Part shown: piece after piece, positions 11,598-21,500 of the stretch
How the letters are laid out: every line of letters starts with the position of its first letter
How positions within the stretch are numbered: position 1 is the stretch's first letter
Source of the DNA: Candidatus Chazhemtobacterium aquaticus
Lineage (GTDB): Bacteria > Patescibacteriota > Microgenomatia > UBA1400 > Chazhemtobacteraceae
Assembly (NCBI RefSeq): GCF_009936135.1
Contig: NZ_CP047901.1
Location: 408,984 to 472,983 of the forward strand
Length of the DNA: 64,000 nt
Direction of reading: 5' to 3'
Notes under the pieces: model-generated
The model's database searches: none
What the model saw: only the letters and a program-made list of their open reading frames with translations
What the model was told of the DNA's origin: nothing
Position numbers and translations under genes: made by a program

Positions 11598-13949
11598 CTA
11601 TTTCCTCCTCCTTATACTCTCCCCTCCAACCATAATCACCCCATAAATCACCAAGGCAATCACCAAGAACCACTTGCACCAGAATCCCGATCGGCCAAGT
11701 AATAGCAATCCATCTCTGCATCCAGGACTACTCATCCATAGTCCTCCGTAAGCAATCAGTGGAGCCGTCATTCCCAGACCATATCTCCGCTTTCTCACAT
11801 CCTCTTTCTTACTATTCAACCAGTAATAAGAAAGGCTTAAAACTACCGACAGACCATACCACGGCCACGGGTTACAGTTAGCACATACACTTGCACTATC
11901 CTGGTCTCCCAGCACCATATCCTCACTTCCGCCCAAAATTGATCCCTCCTGAGCCGCTGCCTCTGACACTATCAACGAAGCCAACCTGCCTCGTACCGGC
12001 AATGGATCATTAATTGTATTTGAAAAGATCTCAGTTCTTCCTCCAGCCATACCCTTAACCACTGTCTCGGTGTAATACTCACCTGCAACGGGCGGTACTG
12101 TAAAAACAAAGTTAACATTTCGACACTTACCGCTTTCCAGTTCTCCCAGAGGTAGTTCCATCTCACCCAACCAGACCCCGTCTTGATTAAAGAATCTTTG
12201 TATCATCATCAGTTCATTTGTTCCTGACGGTCCTTCATTACAGACCTTAAACTGATATCTCACCCCATCACCGCCATAAACATACTCACCAATATTATTT
12301 CCCCCCGTTAAGGCTAAACTAGCCTCCGCCTCGCTCTCCTCATCACTACCTCCTGCCCCATCCACTTGCTCAAGTATTGACACCTCTGCCTCTGCCCAGT
12401 TGTTGCTCTCATTCTCATCTGCCTCGCTACCTGTTGCCTCCACTCTCACCATCAGTTTCTGCCAGCCGCTATCAACTTTCAACTCAAACTCTTCTTCTCG
12501 CAACTCATTAACATCAAGGTCCCCCACTCCTCTTTCCTGGTCTAACACTATCTTCGTTCCATCACTTACCAATACTCGCAACTTACTGTCCACCATCTTC
12601 TTATCCCCCTCATTTACCACCCCCGCCTTAAATCTTAATATCTCTCCTGCCTTCACCTCACCAGGCACTTGGAGTCCGGCTACCAAATCAGGATATGCAA
12701 ACACCAGGTCTCCTTTCCAAGGCGAAAACAACAGCAACTGCAACAGTCGGTATCGGGAATCAATCAGAGTCGTATTAACGATGTTTGTTGTACTTGCCCC
12801 GGCATACGCTGGTCCGGTCACCATAGAAGCATTCCCACTTGTTACTTGTGTGTTTCCACCACTCACTGCCGTTGCCTGAGCTACTGTTGTTACCTTTGCT
12901 TCATTCTCTATCTCCACCTCATTAATGCACCCATCAGCTTCACATCCTCCTTTACCTGTTCCAGCCAGCATTGTTAATGGATCAGTCCAACTCCCTGCAT
13001 GTTCCCAGTTCCTTATACCTCCACTCCACAAGAATAGATTCTCGACTAATAACTCAAACACATCCACCCCAATTAAGGTTGTATCTGCCATCGTCTTGTT
13101 TGAAGCCAAAGCCACAGCATCACCCGTTTCCATAGTCGCGCTTCCGCTTGCTTGCTGAACATTCTCTCCAGTTATCGCCTCAGCCGTAGTTTCGCCATAA
13201 ACTTGCCCGGTATTTGATATATCTATTCCTCCGATTAGTTTAAAGAAACTCCCCTCTTTTCCATTCATCTGCTCCAGGATCAGATCTCCCTCCCATGGTG
13301 TTACCACGCTGATTGTTCCCACTTCTAGCTCAGAGTTAATCAAGGTTGTGTTAGCCACCGTTACTCCGTTTGCCAGAGCTACCGCTGTCCCGGTACTCAT
13401 CTTCGCCTCACCGGTTGCACCCTCTTGAACTTGTAGGTTCTCTCCTGTAATTGCCGAAGCCGATGCGATTGTCACCACCTCGGCCTGGTTGTCAATTTCA
13501 ATATTCACACCTTCCTCATTCCCTCCCTCATTACTCTCCGGTTCTGCCGAGTTTGTTGCTTCTTTCTCCATCACAAAAGGTACTATGTCCCCCTCTGTTT
13601 CTTTGACCACCTCAGTTGCGACCTCTATCTCACTCTCAACCAAGGTTGTATTTACGACTCCCACCGACTCCGCCACCGCCACTGCCGATCCTGTTTCCAT
13701 CTCTAACTCTGCACTTGGCGTTTCTTCTGGTGTTGCCTGGGCTGCTTCTTCCTTAGGTTCCGTCTTCACCTCCTCTTCAGTTGGTGGTGCTTGGGTCTCG
13801 ATGTTTACTATTTCCCCTATGGTTTCTCCACCACCATCCTCCGCCATCACCATAGTGGTTGAGATTATCGGGTTAAGCAGTAGTACTACGTTAAGCAGTG
13901 CTATAGCTATTTTTTTGGTTTTTCTTCTTAATTTTTTTCTACTTATCAT
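11598..13949 (-). CDS. Large secreted/surface protein (783 aa) with ~45-aa repeats, CARDB-like domain and C-terminal TM helices
   Basis: N-terminal basic stretch plus hydrophobic signal. At least three repeats of the pattern '..A.TGEN.QV..G.A...TG.A.A.A...T..NTTLI.SE.EV'. CARDB-like 'EADENESNNWAEAEV'. C-terminal hydrophobic segments and basic tail 'RRRK'. Confidence 0.6.
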   Translation of the reverse strand: MISRKKLRRKTKKIAIALLNVVLLLNPIISTTMVMAEDGGGETIGEIVNIETQAPPTEEEVKTEPKEEAAQATPEETPSAELEMETGSAVAVAESVGVVNTTLVESEIEVATEVVKETEGDIVPFVMEKEATNSAEPESNEGGNEEGVNIEIDNQAEVVTIASASAITGENLQVQEGATGEAKMSTGTAVALANGVTVANTTLINSELEVGTISVVTPWEGDLILEQMNGKEGSFFKLIGGIDISNTGQVYGETTAEAITGENVQQASGSATMETGDAVALASNKTMADTTLIGVDVFELLVENLFLWSGGIRNWEHAGSWTDPLTMLAGTGKGGCEADGCINEVEIENEAKVTTVAQATAVSGGNTQVTSGNASMVTGPAYAGASTTNIVNTTLIDSRYRLLQLLLFSPWKGDLVFAYPDLVAGLQVPGEVKAGEILRFKAGVVNEGDKKMVDSKLRVLVSDGTKIVLDQERGVGDLDVNELREEEFELKVDSGWQKLMVRVEATGSEADENESNNWAEAEVSILEQVDGAGGSDEESEAEASLALTGGNNIGEYVYGGDGVRYQFKVCNEGPSGTNELMMIQRFFNQDGVWLGEMELPLGELESGKCRNVNFVFTVPPVAGEYYTETVVKGMAGGRTEIFSNTINDPLPVRGRLASLIVSEAAAQEGSILGGSEDMVLGDQDSASVCANCNPWPWYGLSVVLSLSYYWLNSKKEDVRKRRYGLGMTAPLIAYGGLWMSSPGCRDGLLLLGRSGFWCKWFLVIALVIYGVIMVGGESIRRRK

Positions 13950-14017
13950 CTCCTCATCTATATATATTGGTCCCCGGCGGTGAGATCACCCACCGCCGGT
14001 TATTCACATCACTACAA

Positions 14018-14557
14018 CTAATCTGTAGTAACTGAAGACCAACCAGTAAAGCCGACCATTACCTCAGACATGGCTTGTGAAGCTCCGGCTCCAGTTCCCA
14101 TTTCTTGGGTTAGATCGCTGCTCCAAGAGTACTTGGCAATACCCCACTGGCTATTCTCACCAGTCACGGTCTTGGCCATTGTCTTGGTGATTACCTTAAG
14201 ATCATCATTCTCGATCTCAATTTCAGGCATCTCTCCTAGACAATCACATCCTGGAAGCATGGTCATGCCGACGGTTACTCCAGCCTGAGCGGCTGACATG
14301 CCTTGACCAGTCCACAGTTTCTGGATTACATCACCAACCTTGGCAATACCCCACTGGCTATTTTCACCAGTCACGGTCTTGGCCATGGTTTTGGTAACCA
14401 CTAGCATATCCTCGTTCTCGATCTCAACCTCGACAGGCTCTGGCTTTGGTGGCATGGGAGGCATGAGAAACCAAAAGGCCATCGCTGAACCAGATAGAGA
14501 CAAAGACAACACTACTGCTGCTCCGATTGCGATTATTTTCTTCATTCTTGTATTCAC
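14018..14557 (-). CDS. Small secreted protein (179 aa) with a perfect internal ~30-aa tandem duplication
   Basis: Signal peptide 'MKKIIAIGAAVVLSLSLSGSAMA'. 'VEIENEDMLVVTKTMAKTVTGENSQWGIAK' and 'IEIENDDLKVITKTMAKTVTGENSQWGIAK' lie ~70 aa apart. Confidence 0.55.
   Translation of the reverse strand: MNTRMKKIIAIGAAVVLSLSLSGSAMAFWFLMPPMPPKPEPVEVEIENEDMLVVTKTMAKTVTGENSQWGIAKVGDVIQKLWTGQGMSAAQAGVTVGMTMLPGCDCLGEMPEIEIENDDLKVITKTMAKTVTGENSQWGIAKYSWSSDLTQEMGTGAGASQAMSEVMVGFTGWSSVTTD
14105..14407. repeat. Direct DNA repeat (~90 nt ×2: 14105–14194 and 14318–14407) underlying the protein duplication
   Basis: 'TACCCCACTGGCTATT(C/T)TCACCAGTCACGGTCTTGGCCAT' appears twice. Confidence 0.6.
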
Positions 14558-14834
14558 CCCCTTTCCAAAAGAACTAATTGATATATATAAAGAATAGAGT
14601 CATTGGTATAGCGAAAACTAGACCCAAAAAGTAAGAGTTTGATTATCACTTCTCCAAACAAAACAGGCTAAGTCAGTGTGGCTAAATCTAGGTAGTATCA
14701 ACTGATACATCAAGCACAAGATTGGATAATATAAGCCACGCATCTAGCTTGATTCTATGCTTCCTGCACCCCCTGTCAATATCCAGTTATCCGCAAAAAA
14801 ATTCGAACCTACCCGCTATAATTACCCCATCAAA

Positions 14835-15473
14835 ATGAACAAAAAATTAAGTTTCCTTCTTCTTGGTCTTGGTGTCCTCATCCTCATCGTTGTCTTTCTT
14901 CCTCTTCTGACTCAGGAGCTCTGTTTCCACATCACCCCCCCTCCATCTCCAGAGCAGATCATCTTGCCTTCTTCATCACAAGAAGCAGAGGAGTTTAACA
15001 AGCAACCAGAGATTCTAGAACAAAAAGTCGTCATTACTCCAGACAACTTTGAGTTTTCTCTAGTCATCCCCAAGATCGGTCTTAATACCAGAGTCTTTCC
15101 CAACATCGATAGTGGCAACCCTGACATCTATCTTCCCATTCTTAAAAAAGGAGTTGCCCACGCTCTACATAGTAGTTTGCCTAATCAGTCAGGACCCGTC
15201 TTCATCTTCGCCCACTCAACCGATAACTTTTTTAATCTTACTCGCTACAACGCTGTTTTCTTTCTTCTCTCCAAGCTAGACCAGGGTGACTCCATCTACC
15301 TCTTCTATAACAACCAGCAATATCACTACCAGGTCACTCATCAGCAAGTCGTCTCGCCCGAAGACATCCCCGATTTAGTTTCCTCAATCAAAGACAACAC
15401 TCTCATCCTCCAAACCTGCTATCCTCCGGGTACTACCCTCAAACGACTTCTACTTTTTGCTAACCCTAACTAA
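14835..15473 (+). CDS. Sortase-family transpeptidase (N-terminal TM anchor)
   Basis: 'TLILQTCYPP' matches the sortase TLxTC active-site Cys motif; upstream His in 'FIFAHS'. Start at 'MNKKLSFLLLGLGVLILIVVFL' (ATG 14835). The ORF track begins at 14757. Confidence 0.7.
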   Translation: MNKKLSFLLLGLGVLILIVVFLPLLTQELCFHITPPPSPEQIILPSSSQEAEEFNKQPEILEQKVVITPDNFEFSLVIPKIGLNTRVFPNIDSGNPDIYLPILKKGVAHALHSSLPNQSGPVFIFAHSTDNFFNLTRYNAVFFLLSKLDQGDSIYLFYNNQQYHYQVTHQQVVSPEDIPDLVSSIKDNTLILQTCYPPGTTLKRLLLFANPN

Positions 15474-15537
15474 GCTTGTCATAGTTGACAGCCGGCCCAA
15501 AAAAGCTAGAATGAGCTTACTACAGACCCATAACTGC

Positions 15538-18500
15538 ATGAAAAAGATCTGGATAAAACGATTCACTAGCCTTGCCCTCTCTCTTATTCTTCTGACAAAC
15601 TCCCTTACGCCCTACATTCTCGCTCAAGAAATCACTCCATCACCTGAACCTACTCCAACTACGGAAACTACTCCCACTCCAGAGCCAACCCTAACTGCAA
15701 CTCCTACTCCAGAAACCACCCCAACACCAACGTTAGAAGTTACCCCAGAAGTTACCCCAGAAGTTATCCCCACACCATTACCAGATACCAATCCTGTTGA
15801 TCCTGACTTAGCTACCACCCCTAGTGACCCAGTTCCTTCTCCCACACCATCTGTGGATCTAGACTCTCCTGATGCCCAAGGCAGTGCTCAGCTTACTCCC
15901 TCACTTTCCACTGATAAAGATGACTATGCACCAACAGAAACAGTCATCATCTCCGGTTCCGACTATCAACCCAATACCACCTATACTCTAGTTATTTCAT
16001 CGCAGGATGAGCCTACTGTCCGGTACGAGACTTCCATTACCAGCACTGAAAATGGTTCTATCTACTACGCCTATCAGCTAGATGGTATCTATCGCCCCAA
16101 CTATTTAATAGAGGTCTTTTTAGGTTCAAGTCTAGTTAAGTCGACTACTTTTACTGACTCTGTAAGTGAATATCCCAAAACCATCTGTCACCACAACCCT
16201 GGCAACGAGGTTACCCTGACTTTTCATAACGCACAGTCATATAGCGGACATCTTGGCACCCCACACAATGATAAGGTCTATGACACTGATGGTCCTTGTG
16301 ACGACTCCCAACCTACTGAAGAAATAATCGTTGTCTATCACTCAGATTTAGCTACAGACCTTAGTGATGTTATGGCCAAGCCGAAATCATGGTTCTTCTA
16401 TAACGACGAATCCAATACTATCGACAACTCACTCGGGTCATTTGTCATCGGACCAGGCACACCGCCTAGAGGAGATGGTAGCGTCGAGATTAGTGTTTCC
16501 GGAACCCAAAGAAGGAACCTGGCTACGTATCAGTTTAGCGGCATACCTTTGGCAAGTATCACAACCCTCGCGTACAGCACCTACAATCCCTCTGCTGGTA
16601 ACGGCGGATCAGCCAACCGAGTCGGTTATCTTGGCTTTAACGTTGACTTTGATGGCTCAGATACATGGCAGAAACGACTCCTGTTCCACCCCACCGCCAA
16701 CGGAACAGTCCAACAAGACACATGGCAAAAATGGGATGCCATTAACAATGGTAACGCCCTTTGGAGTTGGTCTGGCTTAAGTGGTCATGGTGGCAGTGCC
16801 ACTAAGTGGCCAGACGGCAGCACCTCAGAATATCGCTCAATTAATGAGCTAGTAGCCGCCTTCCCCAATATTCGTATTCGCGTTTCAGATCCTTGGATGG
16901 GAATTCGGGTTGGCGAACCATATTCAGATGGATATACAGAGAACATAGATCTCTTTAAATTCGGAACTGCCAATCACACTACCATCTGGGACTTTGAACC
17001 TGGACAAAGCCAACCCGAACCAGTTTGTGGCAATGGGTTAGTAGAGGACGGTGAGCAGTGCGACTATAGCTCTCTTAATGGATCATCCCCTTGTTCTTCT
17101 TCCTGTCAGTGGATTGCAGAGTGTCGACCGGAGAACCTCGCCAATGGCGGATTTGATATCCCGACAGTTGCTCACTCCAAAAAATGGGACATCTTTGAAA
17201 ATGAAGAAGTACCTGGCTGGACAGCCGAGTGGTACGGCGGATCATCTTCATATTCCGGCCAAGATCGTCCATCACCCAAAATTGAGATTCATGCCGGAGT
17301 CAACAACTGGGCACCGGTCGATAACCCGTATGTCGAGCTAGATAGCGACTGGGTCGGACCAGACGGAAATCTCAACAATGAACCAGCCTCAACTACTCTT
17401 TCTCAACAAGTTCCCACCATTCCGGGCTATCAGTACACCCTATCCTGGAAACATTCACCTCGCCCCAAACACAACAATAACCATCTCCAGGTCAAAGTTA
17501 ATGGAGGAGAAGTATTTAATAGTGGCATCCTTTCAGGTTCAAGCGGTATCAATTGGGTCACAGAAACTCACACCTTTACTGCCAACAGTGATCTAACCAC
17601 CATCTCTTTCACAGAACTTGGGAAGGCTGACTCATTTGGCATGTTCCTAGATGATGTCAGTCTGGAGTGTATAGGGTCATGTCAGGAAATTTCCGGACAA
17701 AAGATAGACGGTCGTTCAGAACAAGGTATTGATGGATGGAACATCTATCTCACTAAAGCTATCTCTGAAGAAATCGCAGTTCCAGCTTTAAATGCCCCCA
17801 CTATTTCAGGACCAGTTCTTGATAGTGGAAAACAGTACATTATTCTCGCTTCGGGTACATATTCAGCCGGTGACACGATTACTGCTGATGCAGAGTACTC
17901 AGTCACCAGTAAGTTCTCGGGTGATACCTGGACCGACTTAGTCACTGGTTACGAATCACATGGAGATCACCTCCTAGATCTCGAGCTTGGTGGCGTTGCC
18001 GACCCACCATTCTGGGGCGAGTATCACAACTCCCACACATACACAGCACTTGTAGCAGGTAACAACACCGCCATTACCTTCAAACTCAATGACTTCTATC
18101 CTTACAATAACTCAGGCTCACTTACAGTTCAGGTATTCGAAGTTATAGACACCCGTGTTACCAGAGACGGTGGTTTGTATACATTTGGCGAGATGTGTTC
18201 CGCAGAAACACTGTATATTTTCGAAGAAAATCGTCCTCTTTGGACCAGAAACTCTCCTTCATCAGGTTTCTATCCAGTCGGCCAACTTGAAACATATGAC
18301 TTTGCCAATAGCATGGTTGCTGGTACCATTTCTGGTCATAAATGGAATGATATTAACGGAGACGGACAGCGTGGCGATGAGCCAGGTCTAGAGGGCTGGC
18401 AGATTATTGTCCATCCAACCAATCAAGATCCGTATCAAATCATTACGCTTAATACCAATGACTCCAACGGGGAAGACAGTCTGCCTCTGACTGCTGGCCG

Positions 18501-21500
18501 TACCTATCTTATCGAAGCTGAGGGCACCTGGAATAACAAGAATGGTGCTGAATACAATGACGCCGATTATGCCAGTACCGATGACTGGTCTACCTATTTC
18601 AACTACGATGATGATTCCAGTCGCGACCCCAGGATTGTTGATCTCGTTATAGACGATCAAGACGTTGATTGGGGTAGCTACAACCAAAACCATCTCTACA
18701 AAACAGTTTTAAAAGGATCAGGGGTAAGTAAGAACTTTAAGATCTCGGAAGCTGGTGGTCCTATTTCTTGGTACAACGATAACTTAGGGACGCTAACAAT
18801 CCGCATCTACGACGTCACCGATCAAATCTATACCACTGATCAAGATGGTTACTACACTGCCACCAACCTTGAACCGGGAGAATATCAGGTTATCGAGTTA
18901 AACCAAGAAGGATGGATTCAAACTTACCCAACCAATCCAAAATATCACCACCTCACCCTCAATTCTCATGATGAACTCACGGCAGATTTTGGTAATCAGC
19001 AAGATTTACCCAAAATCTCAGATGTAACCGTTTGTAAGGTGAATGACAACCAGACACCTCTCTCTGGCTGGAACGTAGGGCTTTTAGGTAAAAAAATCGG
19101 TACCTACACCGTTCCCGTCAACAATACCTCTGTCTCTACAGCTGATTTACCCGCAGGTGACTATGCTTTACTTGCTCATGGTACCTATCGCTTTGCCAAC
19201 TGGGGTGATGCTGGTATTGCCGACGCTGGCTACTCTCTTCGTATTCCTGGACAATCCTACAGTGCTCACACCAATCCCTATGATACCTGGGTTAGTGGCG
19301 ACGAGCTTAACACTCCAGGAGCTTTAGAGATCCAGGTTAATGGCAACAATGTTGACTGGGGTCTTTTCAGCGATGTTCACGAATACCTATACAGCCTCAG
19401 CTCACACCCCGGCGGATCTCTCAGTTTTAAAATCTATGACAATGTCATCTCAGACAATATTAACTCTATTACCAATCCTCTCTCCGTTTCGGTCTATCAA
19501 GGTTTTACTGGCACCACTTCCGAGAACGGTTGTGTTACCTTCGAAGATGTCCCCTATGGTGACTACACTCTTTACGAATCACTTCAAGCTGGTTGGGAGA
19601 ACATAGAGGGACACGACACTCAAGTTACAGTTGACTCATCCACGGAGGAATTCACTCTCATTAATCTCGCCAACAAAAGTATCTCTGGTTTCAAATATGA
19701 GGATACGGGTACGGGTACCAAAATTCTAAGTGATTGGGCCATTCAGCTCTTTTCCTGTGCTGCACATGGAGACTGTAGCTCTGAGCCAATAATAACTACC
19801 ACCACTACTGTCAATGGCTATGACTTCCAAAACCTCACCTCAGGCTATTACCTCGTTAAAGAAGAAGCAAGAGAAGGCTGGAGTCCTAAACAATCATTAA
19901 GTTGGTTTGTCGATCTAGTTAATCAGCAATCAGTTCAAGTTGACTTTACTAATGCTCGCAACAGCTCCATTACTGCCTGCAAAGTAGAAGACTCTGATGG
20001 AAACACTACTACTACCGATGATCAAAATATTGTTGCTGGTTGGCCAATTAGCTTGTATCAAAATGGCCAGCCTGTAGACACTCAAGAGACAGAAAATGAC
20101 GGCTGCTATACCTGGACAGATCTTGATCCATATCAGTCATACAAAATATCTGAAAACGTAGAAAACTCAGGATACATCGCCTTAAGTGACACTGAGCACA
20201 CTTTTGAATCTCTTACACCTGGCCAAGATAATCAATACACTTTTGTTAACTTCCGCATGGGCATGGTTAAAGGGTATAAATATCACGACATCAATGCCAA
20301 TGGATCCCAGCAGCTTTACGACGAATTAAGCAATCCCTACGAAGGCTATCTTAACGACTGGGAGATCTGTCTTGTCCCTCATCAGCAAGGCGAGGAACAC
20401 GAAATAAGTCTACTTTCAGCTAATGAATCCATACCCGAAGGGTCCAACTGTGTTCTCACAGGAGCAGGGGAATGGCCTGATGGTTACTATGAATTTATTA
20501 ATCTAGGCCCAGGCACCTACCGGCTTTACGAGACTCCCCAACCCGATTGGATCCAAACAGAACCGTCTGATCCTAATGGATACATATTTACCATTACTTC
20601 AGGTTTTGGTATGGGTGAGGGTGGTTGGTACAACTTCGGCAACTACTCTCCTTCAGATTTAGTTCTAACCAAGTCGGTCACCAGATCAGGTGATACGGCT
20701 ACATATACACTTACTGTTCGAAACGAGGGTATTGGTCAGGTCGATGATGTCAGCATTACCGACACTCTTCCCGAGGGCTTCGTTCTCGATACAGGTTCCG
20801 TTACTCTTACCCGCCCAGATAGTACTACCATAAATCCGCCAACATCAGGTACCAACCCCTATACTTGGGACATCGCCCCAGTCATCTATCAATACAATTC
20901 TGAGGACGAATATCCAGAAATCTACACCTTAACCTATGATGTAGATGTCAGTGCTGTTGATATTAGCGGAGATCACACTAATGTAGCAGTCGCCAATGGT
21001 GACGATCCTGGCCAGAGTCCGGTTTTCTCCAACTATGCCACGGCCCTGCTCGCCATTGCCTCAGACCTTGACTACAGTGCTGGTGTCAGTGGCGATCAGC
21101 AAGGCGATGTTCTAGGTGCTTCAACCTCAACCGGACAGGTGCTAGGAGCAGCTACCGGTACTCCCAGTCTCTGGGCTCTTCTTGGTTTACTCTTCATTGC
21201 CTTAGGTTTGGTCTTAAGACTGCCCAAAGACAAAATTAAAAAACTCATTGCTACCCTCGCCTTAACCCTCATCCCCCTGGTTGTATCCTCTCCAGTTTTA
21301 GCTGAAGAACCCAAGCCTGATACCACTGCTCCCTCAGTGCATATTGTTAATCTGCCTACATACAAAAACACCAACAGCTTTGAAATCTCCTACACCGCCC
21401 TTGATGCAGGTACATCTGGCCTTAGGGAAGTCACTTTAGAATTCCGCCGCGAAGGCCAGTCCTGGCAAAACCTAACCACCCTTACCTCCTCCTCTGGTAA

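Noticed and set aside
12400-13983. Plus-strand ORFs 12400..12879, 12669..12977, 12925..13158, 13489..13983
   Set aside because: They are shadow ORFs opposite the 783-aa surface-protein gene and Ser/Thr-rich from the complementary repeat sequence.
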